Made by a program: the position numbers and the translations under genes
Source of the DNA: Gammaproteobacteria bacterium
GTDB lineage: Bacteria; Pseudomonadota; Gammaproteobacteria; Pseudomonadales; Porticoccaceae
Direction: 5' to 3'
DNA: 55,019 bases
Assembly (NCBI GenBank): GCA_963855085.1
Contig: CAWLBR010000001.1
Coordinates: forward strand, 1 to 55,019
Notes under the pieces: generated by a model
Database searches by the model: none
The model's input: the letters and a program-made list of their open reading frames with translations, nothing else
Told to the model about the DNA's origin: nothing
Part shown: positions 1 through 9,313 of the stretch, piece after piece
Position numbering within the stretch: the first letter of the stretch is position 1
How the letters are laid out: each line of letters begins with the position of its first letter

Positions 1-1396
1 AATAATTTGCACCATTGGCCCGGCGACAGACTCGCTGGAAATGTTGGAAAATCTGGCCAATGCTGGCATGAATGTGGCGCGACTGAATATGTCCCACGGC
101 ACTCATGAGTCCCACCGTAAAGTCATTGACGCCATTCGCGTTCTCAACCTCAAGCTCAACCACCCAATCGCTGTATTGCTCGACACTCAGGGTCCTGAGA
201 TTCGCACCGGTGATATGGCCAATGATCTGCACCTCAACGATGGTGACACAGTCTCCATCGTGGCTCGCGGAGCCGAGGATGTGGAATCATCCTCAATCCA
301 TATCAACTACGAAGACCTAATTACAGATGTGGGTATTGGCGACATTATCACTGTGGACAATGGCCTGATTAATCTTGAAGTACTGAGTAAAGAAGAGCGG
401 GTCATGCAGTGCAAGGTGATCGATGGCGGCCTGCTGAAAAGCAAACGCCACGTCAATTTGCCCGGCATTCGTGTCAATCTGCCAGCTATTACAGAAAAAG
501 ATCGCCGCGATATCGAATTCGGCATGTCTCTGGATGTGGACTTTATCGCCCTCTCCTTTGTCCGCCAGGCTGAAGATATTCGTGAACTGCGCGAGCTGCT
601 CGGCGACAAGGCCGACACTATCAAAGTGATCGCCAAGCTGGAAGATCAGGAAGCGGTGACCAATATGGTCGAGATTATCGAAGCCGCCGATGGCGTGATG
701 GTGGCCCGTGGCGATCTCGGTGTTGAAGTGCCCCTCGAAGTGTTGCCTCGGATTCAGCGACGCATTCTGCGCACCTGCGCGGAGATGGGTAAACGCGCCA
801 TAGTCGCGACCCATATGCTAGAGTCGATGATTGAAAACCCCAACCCCACTCGTGCCGAGGTGACCGATGTTGCCAATGCGGTATACGAAGAAGCGGATGC
901 GATTATGCTCTCCGGTGAAACGACCGTCGGTAAGTACCCGGTTAAGTGCGTTGAGATTCTCGATCGCATTGCCCGTTCAACAGAAAGTAGTCGCGGCCTG
1001 AGATTTACCGACAACTTAGTGATCGAAGGGGACAAGCAGCAGATCGCCAAAGCGGCAGTCAATCTTGCGGAAGCGATTTCAGCGAAGGCGATTATTGTGC
1101 CCACCAAGCGTGGCCGCATGGCTAACCGCGTGACCAACTGTCACCCCCAGGAACCGATTATCTGCGCCTTTACCAACAGCGGAGTCACAAGACGCCAGCT
1201 GGTTTTGAACCGCAATGTGCTCAGCTATCAAATTGATTTTGGCCAAAATTCCGATGCAACTCTGGCAGCTGCCGCAGCAATTATGATTAATCGCGATGAG
1301 TTTTCGCCGGAAGATCGTGTGGTAGTGATATCAGATACGCTGGCTGGCGACGGTATTGAAGCAATTCAGATCCGCCAGATTGCCGACCTGCTTTAA
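1..1396 (+). CDS. pyk: Pyruvate kinase (5' end lies outside the window)
   Basis: Frame is open from base 2 (IICTIGPATDS) into ORF 41..1396; motifs ARLNMSHG, DTQGPEIRTG, MVARGDLG, MLSGET. Confidence 0.97.
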   Translation, partial: IICTIGPATDSLEMLENLANAGMNVARLNMSHGTHESHRKVIDAIRVLNLKLNHPIAVLLDTQGPEIRTGDMANDLHLNDGDTVSIVARGAEDVESSSIHINYEDLITDVGIGDIITVDNGLINLEVLSKEERVMQCKVIDGGLLKSKRHVNLPGIRVNLPAITEKDRRDIEFGMSLDVDFIALSFVRQAEDIRELRELLGDKADTIKVIAKLEDQEAVTNMVEIIEAADGVMVARGDLGVEVPLEVLPRIQRRILRTCAEMGKRAIVATHMLESMIENPNPTRAEVTDVANAVYEEADAIMLSGETTVGKYPVKCVEILDRIARSTESSRGLRFTDNLVIEGDKQQIAKAAVNLAEAISAKAIIVPTKRGRMANRVTNCHPQEPIICAFTNSGVTRRQLVLNRNVLSYQIDFGQNSDATLAAAAAIMINRDEFSPEDRVVVISDTLAGDGIEAIQIRQIADLL

Positions 1397-1400
1397 TGGA

Positions 1401-1433
1401 TTCAGCATTCGGCCCCTTGGGGCCGAATGTGAA
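1401..1433. terminator. Strong hairpin between convergent pyk and ilvA, probable terminator
   Basis: CATTCGGCCCC-TT-GGGGCCGAATG (1406-1429), extendable by TTCA/TGAA; no clear U-tract on either strand. Confidence 0.65.
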
Positions 1434-1454
1434 AATCTAGAAGGTTTAATTTTA

Positions 1455-1512
1455 AAAGACTCAAGATTCCAAAGACTCAGACTCTTAAATCCTAAAGCCT
1501 AAGATCCAAGAA
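1455..1512. repeat. Degenerate 6-8 bp tandem repeats (AAGACTC/AAGATCC-like) at the ilvA stop
   Basis: aaagactc aagattcc aaagactc agactc ttaaatcc taaagcc taagatcc. Confidence 0.55.
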
Positions 1513-3013
1513 AGAACTGATAGGCTTCGTTTTCAGTTTCGTTAACATAGTGGTAACCCAGGTTGTCGAGAAACCCCGACAACGTCTTAAGGTCTTTCTT
1601 CGATGCCTGAATGCCCACCAATACGCGACCAAAAGCCGAACCATGGTTGCGATAGTGAAACATCGAAATATTAAACCCACCACCCAGCTGAGTGAGAAAG
1701 TTCAATAGCGCACCGGGTCGTTCGGGAAACTCAAAGCGAAATACCTGCTCTTCTCCCACCTGGGGTGAACGCCCACCAACCATATGGCGGATATGAGATT
1801 TTGCCACTTCGTTGTCAGTCATATCGGCCACTCTGTAACCCTGTTCACGCAGCTCAGCCACTAGCAGGTGACGATCTTCATCATCAACTACCTGGGCACC
1901 AACAAAGATATGGGCTTTATTGGCATCGCTAAAGCGATAATTAAATTCAGAGATATTGCGCTTCTGCATGGCCTTACAAAATAATTTAAAACTGCCCGGC
2001 TTTTCATCGATGGTCACTGCTAATACCGCTTCGCGCTTTTCACCAATTTCGGTGCGCTCAGAAATATAGCGCAGACGATCAAAATCTATATTCGCGCCGC
2101 ACTGGATCGACAGCAATGTCTTTCCCTTTACCCCGTCCCGCTCGACATATTTTTTAAGGCCAGCCAAACCCATAGCACCAGACGGCTCGCAAATGGCTCG
2201 AGTGTCGCTGTAGACATCTTTAATTGCCGCACAGATTTCGTCAGTACTAACGGTGATCACTTCATCCACCAAGTCTTTCAGTAAACGGAAGGTCTCTTTA
2301 CCAATTTGTGCCACAGCAGTGCCGTCGGCAAAAATGCCCACTTCTTTCAGGCGTACTCGCCGGCCAGCTTTTAAGGCCGCATCCAGGCAAGCGCTATCGT
2401 TGGCTTCCACAGCAATAATTTTTACATCCGGGCGCACATATTTAACATAGGCTGCGACGCCAGCACAGAGACCACCGCCACCCACAGCGATAAAAATCAC
2501 ATCCAAATCACCGGGTAACTGACGCAAGATCTCCATACCAATTGTGCCCTGCCCAGCAATAACGTCCGGATCATCAAAGGGGTGGATATAAACCAAACCC
2601 TTTTCTTCAACCAGCTTTTGCGCATGAGCGGATGCTGCATCGTAGTTGTCGCCAATCAAAACGACTTTGGCACCGCGAGCGCGGACCGCGTCCACTTTAA
2701 TTTGCGGAGTTGTCTTGGGCATCACAATGGTTGCCTTAACACCCATCTTTTTTGAGGCAAGAGCCAGACCCTGAGCATGGTTTCCCGCCGAGGCGGCAAT
2801 CACACCGGTGGCGCGCTGCTCATCAGTGAGCTGACGCAGCTTGTTGTAAGCCCCGCGCAACTTAAAAGAGAACACCGGCTGCAGGTCTTCGCGCTTTAAC
2901 AACACATTATTATTCAGTCGCTGAGAGAGCAGTGGCGCTGGATCGATTGGCGTTTCGATTACCAGGTCATAGATACGCGCATCGAGAATTTTTTTCACGT
3001 ACTTGTGGGGCAT
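1499..3013 (-). CDS. ilvA: Threonine ammonia-lyase, biosynthetic
   Basis: KREDLQPVFSFKLRGAYN (PLP lysine), SAGNHAQG, C-terminal ACT-like repeats (FPERPGAL); divergent from rpiA as in Pseudomonas. Confidence 0.98.
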   Translation of the reverse strand: MPHKYVKKILDARIYDLVIETPIDPAPLLSQRLNNNVLLKREDLQPVFSFKLRGAYNKLRQLTDEQRATGVIAASAGNHAQGLALASKKMGVKATIVMPKTTPQIKVDAVRARGAKVVLIGDNYDAASAHAQKLVEEKGLVYIHPFDDPDVIAGQGTIGMEILRQLPGDLDVIFIAVGGGGLCAGVAAYVKYVRPDVKIIAVEANDSACLDAALKAGRRVRLKEVGIFADGTAVAQIGKETFRLLKDLVDEVITVSTDEICAAIKDVYSDTRAICEPSGAMGLAGLKKYVERDGVKGKTLLSIQCGANIDFDRLRYISERTEIGEKREAVLAVTIDEKPGSFKLFCKAMQKRNISEFNYRFSDANKAHIFVGAQVVDDEDRHLLVAELREQGYRVADMTDNEVAKSHIRHMVGGRSPQVGEEQVFRFEFPERPGALLNFLTQLGGGFNISMFHYRNHGSAFGRVLVGIQASKKDLKTLSGFLDNLGYHYVNETENEAYQFFLGS

Positions 3014-3113
3014 GAAGATTCCATAATCTGAGTCTGAAGAATCAATGGTAAGTTGATAAGCAGATTTACGCCAGCCTGAAAGCGATGAATCTGTTTTATT
3101 GCGCTTATCACCG

Positions 3114-3119
3114 TATAAT
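3114..3119 (+). promoter_or_regulatory. Sigma70 -10 box for rpiA
   Basis: Perfect TATAAT followed by a GC-rich discriminator (TGCGCCC), about 40 nt before the start. Confidence 0.55.
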
Positions 3120-3157
3120 TGCGCCCTTACAAAAACATTTAACCGGTGAGGTCACAG

Positions 3158-3838
3158 GTGGATCAGAATCAATTAAAACTCGCGGTAGCTGCCGCTGCAG
3201 TCGAGTACACATTAAGTAAGATCAACCCCGAGAGTATTGTTGGCATAGGCACGGGTTCAACAGCCAACTGCTTTATTGATTTGCTCGCCGAGCACAAAAA
3301 TAGCTTCCAGGCTGCAGTAGCAAGCTCGGATGCCTCAGCAGAGCGCTTGCGCAGCCATGGTATCGAGGTTATCGAGCTCAATGCGGCAGCAGAAATTACC
3401 ATCTATATAGATGGCGCCGATGAAGCCAATCCCCACCTTGAGTTGATTAAGGGCGGCGGCGCAGCACTGACCAGAGAAAAAATTGTCACTGCAGTAGCCA
3501 ATGAGTTTGTCTGCATTGCCGACGAGAGTAAGTGGGTCGATTACCTGGGTCAGTTTCCACTACCAGTGGAAGTGATTCCAATGGCCCGCAGCTATGTAGC
3601 AAGGGAACTGGTCAAGTTAGGCGGCGATCCAGTGTGGCGTGAAAACGTTATCACTGACAATGGCAATCAAATTCTCGATGTGCATCATCTCTATCCGGTG
3701 GCATCTGCTCAAGCCCTGGAAGAAAAGATCAATCAAATTACAGGTGTGGTGACCAATGGCTTCTTTGCTCTAAAAGCGGCGGATGTATTATTTCTGGCAA
3801 CCCAACAGGGCATTGTCACTCACTATCCCAAAGCATAG
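3158..3838 (+). CDS. rpiA: Ribose-5-phosphate isomerase A
   Basis: [24 protein letters not shown]; start set at GTG 3158 after GAGG (ORF track starts 3146). Confidence 0.97.
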   Translation: MDQNQLKLAVAAAAVEYTLSKINPESIVGIGTGSTANCFIDLLAEHKNSFQAAVASSDASAERLRSHGIEVIELNAAAEITIYIDGADEANPHLELIKGGGAALTREKIVTAVANEFVCIADESKWVDYLGQFPLPVEVIPMARSYVARELVKLGGDPVWRENVITDNGNQILDVHHLYPVASAQALEEKINQITGVVTNGFFALKAADVLFLATQQGIVTHYPKA

Positions 3839-3856
3839 ACAGCGGCGATTATAATA

Positions 3857-4852
3857 ATGAAGAAATATCACGTCTGTGGTCTGGGCAATGCCTTGGTCGA
3901 TACAGAAATTGAAGTCAGTGCAAAAAATCTCAGCGACCTTGGAATTGAAAAAGGCTTGATGACTCTGGTCGATGAAGAGCGCCAGCATTTTTTACAGGAC
4001 AATCTCAGTGATCACCTGGTGATGTCGAAGCGCGCCTGTGGCGGTTCTGCAGCAAACACCGTTATCTCCCTTAGCCAGTTTGGAGGCAAGGGGTTTTTAT
4101 CCTGCAAGGTAGCAGGCGATGAAAACGGTCGTTTCTATATGCAGGATCTAATGGATAACGGTGTCGACCACAATTCTGATGCGCAGATGTCACAGGGCAT
4201 TACCGGAAAATGCCTGGTGATGATTACTGATGATGCCGACCGTACCATGAATACCTTTCTTGGAATCAGCTCCGACCTGGCCTCTGCCGATGTAAATCCA
4301 GAAGCCATTGAGGATTCAGAATATCTTTATATTGAGGGCTATCTGGTTACCGGAGAGAGCTCACTCAACGCGGTTCTTGAAGCCTGCCAAGTCGCTAGAC
4401 AGGCAGGCACTAAAATAGCCCTGAGCTTATCTGATCCAGGCATTGTCGAATATTTTCGTGACGCTTTAAAAACCATTGTTGGAGATGGCGTCGACCTGTT
4501 GTTCTGCAATAAGCAGGAAGCTCTAAGCTGGTGCCAGACCGACAACTTAGATCAGGCCCTAGAACAGCTGCAAAATAGCGCAGCACAGTTCGCAGTCACG
4601 CTTGGCAGCGAAGGCTCAGTGGTATTTGATGGCAGCGACTATCTGCGCGCAGCGGCACAGCCTATTACCGCCGTTGATACTAATGGCGCAGGTGATATGT
4701 TCGCCGGCGCCTATCTCTACGGTATTACCCAAGGTTATTCATGCCTGTCCGCAGCAGTATTTGCCAATCGTGCCGCCAGCGCGGTGGTCGGTCAATATGG
4801 CCCACGTCTGCACAGCGCCGAGTACGATGGTCTCAAAGAAGGATTGAAGTAA
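3857..4852 (+). CDS. PfkB-family kinase (adenosine kinase-like)
   Basis: GNALVD, GGSAANT, PfkB signature DTNGAGDMF. Confidence 0.9.
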   Translation: MKKYHVCGLGNALVDTEIEVSAKNLSDLGIEKGLMTLVDEERQHFLQDNLSDHLVMSKRACGGSAANTVISLSQFGGKGFLSCKVAGDENGRFYMQDLMDNGVDHNSDAQMSQGITGKCLVMITDDADRTMNTFLGISSDLASADVNPEAIEDSEYLYIEGYLVTGESSLNAVLEACQVARQAGTKIALSLSDPGIVEYFRDALKTIVGDGVDLLFCNKQEALSWCQTDNLDQALEQLQNSAAQFAVTLGSEGSVVFDGSDYLRAAAQPITAVDTNGAGDMFAGAYLYGITQGYSCLSAAVFANRAASAVVGQYGPRLHSAEYDGLKEGLK

Positions 4853-4871
4853 ACGTTTTAGGCTCGCGAAC

Positions 4872-7457
4872 TTAGCGGCCAAATTGATCCAGCGGCTGTG
4901 GGTGCTGAAAGAGAAAGCCCTGCAAGTAGTCGACACCGATTTTCTTTAGCAGGCGCAGCTGATTTTCATTTTCCACTCCCTCCGCCACCGTGGTGACACC
5001 CATGATATGACCCAGGTGATTGATGGTGCTGACCACGGAATAGTCCACATCGCTGTTTTCCATGGTGTTGATAAAACTCGAATCAATCTTCAGGCAGTCG
5101 ATGGGCAATTCCTTTAGATAGGCAAATGACGACAGCCCACTACCAAAATCATCCAGTGCAATGGACACACCCACCGAGCGCAATGTGGAGATCAGTCGCT
5201 TGGCTTCTTGCAGATGTTTGACCGCTGCAGTCTCGGTGATTTCGAACTGAATATGCTTTGGTGAGATTCCGGTGTCACTAAAACCCCTGAGAATATAGTC
5301 AATGGCATTCTCATCTCCAACAGTGCTGCCGGAGAGGTTTACCGAGAGCAGTGGCAGTGGTGAGCCTTTGGCCTGCAGGCGCTGAAGAAACTTTAATGAA
5401 TGACTGAATACCCACTTATCCAGATCATCGATCAATGAAAAATGTTCGGCGCCGGGAATAAACTCTGAGGGCGGTAAAATAGTGCCGTCACTTTCACGCA
5501 TTCGCACCAGTACCTCATAACATTTAGCCGTTGCGGCAGTGCCATTTAGAGGTACGATCGGCTGGGCAAATAGCGTGAAGCGATCTTCGTCCAGGGCCGA
5601 GACAATTTTCGGCATGCTGGTAGCAAGACTGCGCCGCCGAGCAACCTCTTCATTAAATGACTGGAAGTGAATTTTGTTTCTGCCCTTGTCTCGCGCCGTG
5701 GCGCAGGATGAGCCTGCCGAGATCATCAGGTCTATATCTGAAAGTGCTGTGTCATCAATCAGTATGGCGCCAATACTCGCGCCAATTTTCAACACCTCCC
5801 CTTCCCAGGGAACCCGCAGCTCTTTGAGCTCGGCCAGAATACGCTCTGCCAGCATCATTGCCTTGTCGTAATTGACTCTATGTATCAGCAGGGCAAACTC
5901 GTCATTGCCGATACGCGCGGCAATATCACTGGGCCCTGCAAGTCTAATCAGCAACTGAGCAAATTCTTTTAACAGTTCATCGCCGGCGGTGTGCCCACTG
6001 GTATCGTTGATCACTGAAAAGTTATACAGGTCGATATAGAGCAGCGCGTGCATTGCTCCCTCCTGGCGAGCAATTTCAATGGCTTTTTGAATGCGTTTAG
6101 AGAGTGATGTTCGGTTTGGTAATCCGGTTAAGGAATCATGCATCGACTGCCACTGCAGGCGACTGGAAACCCGGCGCGCTTCACTGAGAGGCCTAAAGAT
6201 AACCAAGCACTTAACAATACGGCCCATGGCATCGCGCAATGGAAACGCGGACACCGAAACACTCACCGGCGCTGCGCCACGCACCTTTAATAACAGCGAC
6301 TGATTGGATTCAACATTGAGGGCCTTGTTTAGGGCATCCTGAACCGGCGTTTCAGCAATGCCTGAGTCTTCATTAGCCAGAGGCATGGCCGCATGAATCT
6401 GTACAGGCTTGGATTTGTCCAATTTAAAACCCAATAGCTGTTCAGCAATCGGGTTCATCTCCAAGACAAAACCTTCGGCATCGACAAGCGCCACGGCGTC
6501 GGCAATATGACGAGAAGTGAGATCGTACAACTCGCCGCGGTTAATTAGCTCCTCGGCCTGCTGACTAACCCGAGTGCAATCGTTACAGAGAATAATCATC
6601 TGACCTTCATCGGTCGCCGAATGAAATAGTTTGATATCCAGATAACGACTTTCACCATGGCATGTGGCGGCCAGTACATAACCCTGATTATGCTGAGTAG
6701 CAAGGCTATTAATATTTTCCACCAGGTCAAGCCCATGCATGTCATCGAGGCCGGGGAATAGTGTGCGCACCGAACTGCCGAGTAATAGTTCACTGCTGTA
6801 GCCAAATAATGTTTCTGCGGCAGTGCTAATCTGAGAGATAAAACCAAATTGATCGGCGGTTATATAAGCGCAGTTTTTATCAACAACGAATGTTTCAGGA
6901 TGATGATCAGTTAGCTCGGTGCTTTCTGTTTCTGGATTAGTTTTTAAACTAGCTTTTGCACCATTTTTTATACCATTTTTTAAACTGGCGTTATCTAGAG
7001 TCCTTTCGTCCGCGAGGGTTTTTTTGTCAGTAGTGTTTTTGGTCGCAGCCTGCAGAGTAAAGCGGATCAGACAGTAGTTATTAGAACCATCATCATAAGC
7101 TGTCATAGACACCCCCAACAGTGAAGAACTGTCGCGGGAAAAAGCCTCAGTGAATTGATCCAACAGACTGTTGTCCGCTGGCCGAGTAAAACGGCTGTTG
7201 CCGGCGGAGCTGATAATTTGATGTAGCTCTCCAGAGAAGCCACTGCCCAATAGCCCTGGAAATAGCGCGTAGAAACGCTTGCCTTGAGACTGACCTGAAG
7301 AGACCTGACAGAAATCCGCGGCTTTGCGGTCGATCATCACCACCCTGAGATTGCGATCCACAACCATCACGCCCCCCTGTAGGCGCGCCGCAATTAGGGC
7401 TCGACTTAACTCGGACCCTGCTCCACCAACTCCTTTCATGTGGAAGATATCGTTCAT
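4872..7457 (-). CDS. PAS-GGDEF(degenerate)-EAL protein, probable c-di-GMP phosphodiesterase
   Basis: PAS-like segments (AETLFGYS, AEQLLG), HDSLTGLPNR, ARIGNDEF, EAL domain YEVLVRM, FEITET, DDFGSG, KIDSSF, AEGVE, QGF. Confidence 0.92.
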   Translation of the reverse strand: MNDIFHMKGVGGAGSELSRALIAARLQGGVMVVDRNLRVVMIDRKAADFCQVSSGQSQGKRFYALFPGLLGSGFSGELHQIISSAGNSRFTRPADNSLLDQFTEAFSRDSSSLLGVSMTAYDDGSNNYCLIRFTLQAATKNTTDKKTLADERTLDNASLKNGIKNGAKASLKTNPETESTELTDHHPETFVVDKNCAYITADQFGFISQISTAAETLFGYSSELLLGSSVRTLFPGLDDMHGLDLVENINSLATQHNQGYVLAATCHGESRYLDIKLFHSATDEGQMIILCNDCTRVSQQAEELINRGELYDLTSRHIADAVALVDAEGFVLEMNPIAEQLLGFKLDKSKPVQIHAAMPLANEDSGIAETPVQDALNKALNVESNQSLLLKVRGAAPVSVSVSAFPLRDAMGRIVKCLVIFRPLSEARRVSSRLQWQSMHDSLTGLPNRTSLSKRIQKAIEIARQEGAMHALLYIDLYNFSVINDTSGHTAGDELLKEFAQLLIRLAGPSDIAARIGNDEFALLIHRVNYDKAMMLAERILAELKELRVPWEGEVLKIGASIGAILIDDTALSDIDLMISAGSSCATARDKGRNKIHFQSFNEEVARRRSLATSMPKIVSALDEDRFTLFAQPIVPLNGTAATAKCYEVLVRMRESDGTILPPSEFIPGAEHFSLIDDLDKWVFSHSLKFLQRLQAKGSPLPLLSVNLSGSTVGDENAIDYILRGFSDTGISPKHIQFEITETAAVKHLQEAKRLISTLRSVGVSIALDDFGSGLSSFAYLKELPIDCLKIDSSFINTMENSDVDYSVVSTINHLGHIMGVTTVAEGVENENQLRLLKKIGVDYLQGFLFQHPQPLDQFGR

Positions 7458-7534
7458 CCTTTGCCCCTTTAATCCTTTGAGCTTTTACCCCTTTATATGG
7501 GGGCTGAATCTACAGCCTTATTGTTACGTCAATC

Positions 7535-8605
7535 TTATCCCTGAGAGAGCAGCTCCCGAAGATCAATAATCGCCGCATTGGCACGACTGATATAAGAGGC
7601 CATAACCAATGAATGATTAGCTAGCAAACCAAAACCTTCACCATTGACAATAACCGGCGCATTAACTGGCTGCTGGCTCATTTCCAGTTCGCGGATAATC
7701 TGCTGCAAACTGGTAATCGCATTTTTACGATTGAGCACATCGGCAAAGTCGACTTCCACAGCTTTTAAAAAGTGCAGCAGTGCCCAGGTGGTGCCACGGG
7801 CTTCATAGAACACATTATCGATCTCAAGCCAGTTGGTTTTTACCTCGATTTCCTGTGCGCTCTGGGTCGACTGACGACCTGCAGCATCACCGGAGAGATC
7901 GGTATTAATACGCCGCTGACCAACACTGGCGGAGAGTCTCTGAGACAGGCTGCCAAGACGGGTTTCAACTGTGCTCAACCAATAGCGAAGGTTGTCCGCT
8001 CGAGCAAAAAACTGTGCGTCTGGGGCCTGTGTATCCGCGAGCCGCTCGAGGTAGCGGCGAAAATATTGCTGTCCCTCAGCATATTCAGACTCAGGCCAGG
8101 GCACTGCCCACCTGCTGTGATCAATATGCAGTCGCGGCTCGGCGATGGCCAGATCATGATCTTCGGTTGACTGGGATTGCGAGCGACTAAATGCCTCTCG
8201 GTTAGCTTTGCTGAGATCGCGAATCTGGACCAGAACGCCAAACTCCCAGCTGGGAATATTATCTAACCAAACACCAGGGGGCATCATGTCATTACTGAGA
8301 TAACCGCCGGGCTTGTGCAGCAGTACTTCAATAGTATGGATCAAGGTTGCAGTAGTCGTGGCGCCTACAACCAGAGGCTTACCCGCCAGTGCTTTTTCTG
8401 TTTCGGCACGTACATCAAAAAGGTCGGGCTCATCACTCCAGTACCAACCGAGGCCGAGTAACAACAAGCCGACAATCAATAAGGTAACCAGTGTGTAGCG
8501 CAGATAGGCCGATCTCTGATTATCCACATAGCCATCGGCAATTTTCTCGGCGGCATCCAGAAAGGGTTTTTGCCTAACGCTTTTTACTCGACGCCAAAAT
8601 CTCAT
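7535..8605 (-). CDS. DUF2333-family membrane-anchored protein
   Basis: One N-terminal TM, KPGGYLSND, DNIPSWEFGVL, ANHSLVMASYISRANAA; usual neighbour of PCuAC genes. Confidence 0.85.
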   Translation of the reverse strand: MRFWRRVKSVRQKPFLDAAEKIADGYVDNQRSAYLRYTLVTLLIVGLLLLGLGWYWSDEPDLFDVRAETEKALAGKPLVVGATTTATLIHTIEVLLHKPGGYLSNDMMPPGVWLDNIPSWEFGVLVQIRDLSKANREAFSRSQSQSTEDHDLAIAEPRLHIDHSRWAVPWPESEYAEGQQYFRRYLERLADTQAPDAQFFARADNLRYWLSTVETRLGSLSQRLSASVGQRRINTDLSGDAAGRQSTQSAQEIEVKTNWLEIDNVFYEARGTTWALLHFLKAVEVDFADVLNRKNAITSLQQIIRELEMSQQPVNAPVIVNGEGFGLLANHSLVMASYISRANAAIIDLRELLSQG

Positions 8606-9132
8606 TTATTCATACCGTCTTTTTTCATCTTGTGCATGCTATGGCCCGAGTGATCGTGCATGGAATGATCATGAGTATTCTCTGCAGGAGCAGATCTATT
8701 AAACAAGCTACGCACCTCAGCGGTGATTTCGATAGCGCCGCAGTCCTCGGTTTGCAAACTCACGCCATGAGTTTCACCCGGCACTAATTCAGCGTCTATA
8801 CCGAGCAACATCAGGTGAAATCCACCAGGCTGCAATAGAAGGGTTTCACCAGCGGCAACTGTCAGCGCAGTAACCGGTCGCATTTTCATCATACCGTCGC
8901 TCATCAGTTGCTGGTGGATCTCCAACTTAGCCGCGATCGCAGTACTGCCGCCGATAATAGAACAGGCTTTGTCATGGTTATTGGTCACCGACAAAAAGGC
9001 CGCCGTTGCCGTTCGCCCTGGAGGCATAGCCCGCATGTAGGCGTTCTCAACCGAGAAGCCAGAGGCGCTTGCCGCCAGACCAAAAGGAATGGCAAGACAA
9101 AAAACAAAACAATAGATTAATCGAGTATTCAT
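8602..9132 (-). CDS. Periplasmic copper chaperone PCu(A)C
   Basis: Signal peptide, H-x10-M...PGGFHLML copper motif, His/Met-rich tail; 4-bp overlap with the DUF2333 gene. Confidence 0.9.
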   Translation of the reverse strand: MNTRLIYCFVFCLAIPFGLAASASGFSVENAYMRAMPPGRTATAAFLSVTNNHDKACSIIGGSTAIAAKLEIHQQLMSDGMMKMRPVTALTVAAGETLLLQPGGFHLMLLGIDAELVPGETHGVSLQTEDCGAIEITAEVRSLFNRSAPAENTHDHSMHDHSGHSMHKMKKDGMNK

Positions 9133-9313
9133 AGGATTCCTTGTTGAAACTATAGCATGTGATCAGAATATTGATCGCAAACCGGCATTATTGATCTGAC
9201 TTAAATCGCGCCTGATAAAGAATTGAAATCAGTTTAGCGCGCGGTTACGTATCTCCCTGCATTATACTAGCGCTATACCGAAATACAGTTATGAATAATA
9301 CAGCGAAAAGGCT

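Noticed and set aside
9155-9205. FNR/CRP-like site between the PCuAC gene and dsbD (three TGATC half-sites)
   Set aside because: The second half-sites do not match TTGAT-N4-ATCAA or TGTGA-N6-TCACA well enough.
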